A DNA stretch of 62,189 nucleotides, filler included, from Chiloscyllium plagiosum (taxonomy: Eukaryota), in assembly GCF_004010195.1 (NCBI RefSeq). It is 3 parts of one record of this genome, joined end to end, with 100 filler letters (N's around TTAATTAATTAA, not from the genome) between each part and the next. Parts side by side here need not be neighbours in the genome. Positions count along the whole stretch, not along the records: positions 34,126 to 62,189 come from NC_057717.1; 2 more parts are not named here. The stretch is one strand, 5' to 3'. Positions 59,701 through 62,189 of the stretch are shown in pieces. The position numbers and the translations under genes are program-made. Under the pieces are notes generated by a model, which saw only the letters and a program-made list of their open reading frames with translations, did no database searches and was not told the DNA's origin. Positions within the stretch are counted from its first letter, which is position 1. The number at the start of each line of letters is the position of its first letter.

Positions 59701-62189
59701 AGCCTTTCTAAAATTCTGTCAAACTTCATCTCATCCAAGTCTCAACTACTTTTTTTCACCATGAACTGGGCATGAACTTCCTCTTCATAATACCTCAGCC
59801 AGGCCACTGCAGCTGTGAATTTTAAACAGGAGATTCATGATAATTGGCCCCACTCATTCTTTTGCCACCCTTTCACTGTTTGTGACTAATGATGACTTTT
59901 GGATTCCGTTTTAAAGTTAGCTGTCAGTCTCCCTTAATCTTTATTTCCCCTCTGAACTGTCTATATTTAGTATTGTTCTCACTGGGGTTAACAATAATCC
60001 ATGTTCTTTGCAACATCATGCAGGGAATTAGAGTATTGTTTTTGCCACCATTTCCTGCTTGTGGAAGTGTTAAGCTGTACTCTACAGCTGAAGCTGAACA
60101 TTGCCCAGATTTGTGCTCAAGTGTCCTTGCTCAAATGCCCTCTTGACCCATTGAATTCAGCCCTCCTCCAACTCAGAACTTTTCTGGATTGTTCCTTGTT
60201 TATTTTGTACACAAGCTAAATTCTTTCGATACAAGTATCAATGCTTCCTTCAATGATCCCAGTCTAATATTTAATGCATTTTATACATATTGTGTGTATG
60301 CACACAAATTATGAAGTTGGCAGTGCAAATTGAAGATATCATTAGGATTCCGAACATTATAAATAGGACTGTGGCATGCAAAATAATAAAATAATGACAA
60401 ATGGTTATAAACAGTCCTGCCTTTCCCTCATGTCTAGTATTTATGCAGCACGCTTCAGGAAGGGATTTGAGATGGTGCACAAAAGGTACACAAAATTGGT
60501 ACCAGAGCTGAGTAACTGGAAAACTATTTGGATAGTCTGAAGAAGCTCGGGCTGTTCTTTTTGGAGAACTAAAGATAAATAAGACATTGTACAAGTGTTC
60601 AAAATCATGAGGGATTTGGACAGAGTAGAGTAAAAGGGTAGGAGAATGCATCTGGATTGGTTACTCTGTGGAGGGTTGGTGTGGATTTATTGGGCCATGT
60701 GGCCTGTTTCCATACTGTGCGGATTCTATTTTAAAAAGGCTTGAGAAGAAAAGGACACTGATTTAAGATGATCAGCAAAATAAATCAATGGTGACAAGGA
60801 ATACTTTAAAAAAAAAGCAGCATAGATCGGAAACTGGAATGTTCTGCCTAATGGTGTAGTGGAGGAGGCAGCTTCAACTGAGGTCTTCAAAAGGAATCTA
60901 CAATTTTCATAAGGAGAGGTTTTGCAGTATCACATAGTAAAAGGACTTGGGAGTGAACATAGGCAAGTTCCTCTTTGAGAGCTGATCAAATCATTGCGTC
61001 TGATCTGTTACCATTGATCGTTGTATAACATTGCACAAACTACCAGCTCACCAGTTATTTTTTAATGGTTTGTCATATTCTGATATAATGACTAACTTAG
61101 TCATGCCTGCAACTAAACTTACTTTGCAATTACTTCACTTGATCCAGGAGAACCTGCATTCCCAATTCCCTCACAGTTTGCACTGACAATGTTTCCAGAA
61201 TTGCAATTCATCAAAGAGCACAAATTCGGCCATTTAACATCAGTAACCTTACCCAGAATTAAGTCCAAAGCAATTAAACAAAAAACAAATAATCGCAGAC
61301 TTGAGATTCAATATTCCAAGTCTGGTCGACTAGTTTTCGTAAGTTAGTCAATGACTGTGCAATTTTAATAAATCGCATTATTTTGCCATAGTGATAATAA
61401 AAGAACAGAGATATCCATGCAAAGTGAGAATCAGGTGTAACAGGCCTTTAGCTGGTCGTTGTTCTCTTCAGAAATAGAGATTATAGACAGGAAAGGTCCT
61501 TTCAGTGTAAGTCTAATGAGTTGCTGTAGTCCTTTCCGTGGAGTGTAAGTGCAAGGTAGCCCAACATCGTAGCTCAGTGATGGTGAAGGGAGTGGAAATT
61601 AGGTACGTTAGTTATTTTGCTCTCTCTTTGATCATATTGAACTTCTTGACTATTGTTGCAATTAAACCAATCACCAGGTGAGCAGTGAAGATTCCAATGC
61701 TCCCGATTTTAGCCTTTTAATGGTGAAGTTAATGAGGGGGTAATGACCAAGCAGTATACCTTGAATACCAGTCTTGTAATCTTGCTAATGTTATTAGTTA
61801 TTGCTGCCATCACCACCCATCCCCCTGGAGTGTATTGGCAATGCTGTCCTATGATCTGGAAAATGTTGCTGGGACTTTATTTGTTTTCAAGATGCATCAT
61901 GAACCATCTTGGTCGTGTTGGTATGTGGTTCTTTTGACATCCACTGAGGGAATGCTGGGGTTGGGGTGTGGAAGAGACAGTACAGGGTGAAAAGAATAGA
62001 AAACCATTTATTTAGTGTGTCACCATTGTTTATAGCCATTTCTGGGCTATGCAAGACCTTCATACTAAAAAACAAGCAAAATTCAAACGACCATTGAAAA
62101 ACTTTGGATGTTTTATGCTGATTCAAGATTGGTCTCTCAAAATAAGCCAAGTATTTCTGAACCAGTCAAGCTGTTGTTTTCTGTGATTG

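Overview
Eukaryotic, repeat-dense genomic DNA, almost certainly from an elasmobranch (shark), judged by HE1/V-SINEs and their partner HER1/CR1 LINEs. I found no intact protein-coding gene. The first ~26.5 kb is a decayed tRNA-gene cluster (Ser, His, Asp, Arg, Asn, Lys, Leu and several Val relics). It includes three diverged copies of a ~2.7-kb Leu-Lys-Val(n) cassette, one of them inverted, and a C2H2 zinc-finger pseudo-exon. One tRNA-Leu relic is split in its anticodon arm by a Penelope-like element carrying a GIY-YIG fragment and a minimal hammerhead ribozyme. A composite 29-bp/32-bp satellite (27.3-31.9 kb) abuts the 3' end of an endogenous retrovirus on the minus strand. That end is a frameshifted gamma-type env (RTRR furin site, QNRLVLDILTAARGG immunosuppressive domain, CX6CC, TM helix) plus a ~540-bp 3' LTR; the TM part is not visible in the ORF track. 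The rest is CR1 patchwork, a decayed Harbinger Myb/SANT relic, a solo LTR, a 5'-intact but decayed L1, a Gypsy pol fragment and SINEs. Two 100-bp N44-TTAATTAATTAA-N44 linkers are artificial joins, so adjacency across them is unproven. All calls are by eye and boundaries of old repeats are approximate.
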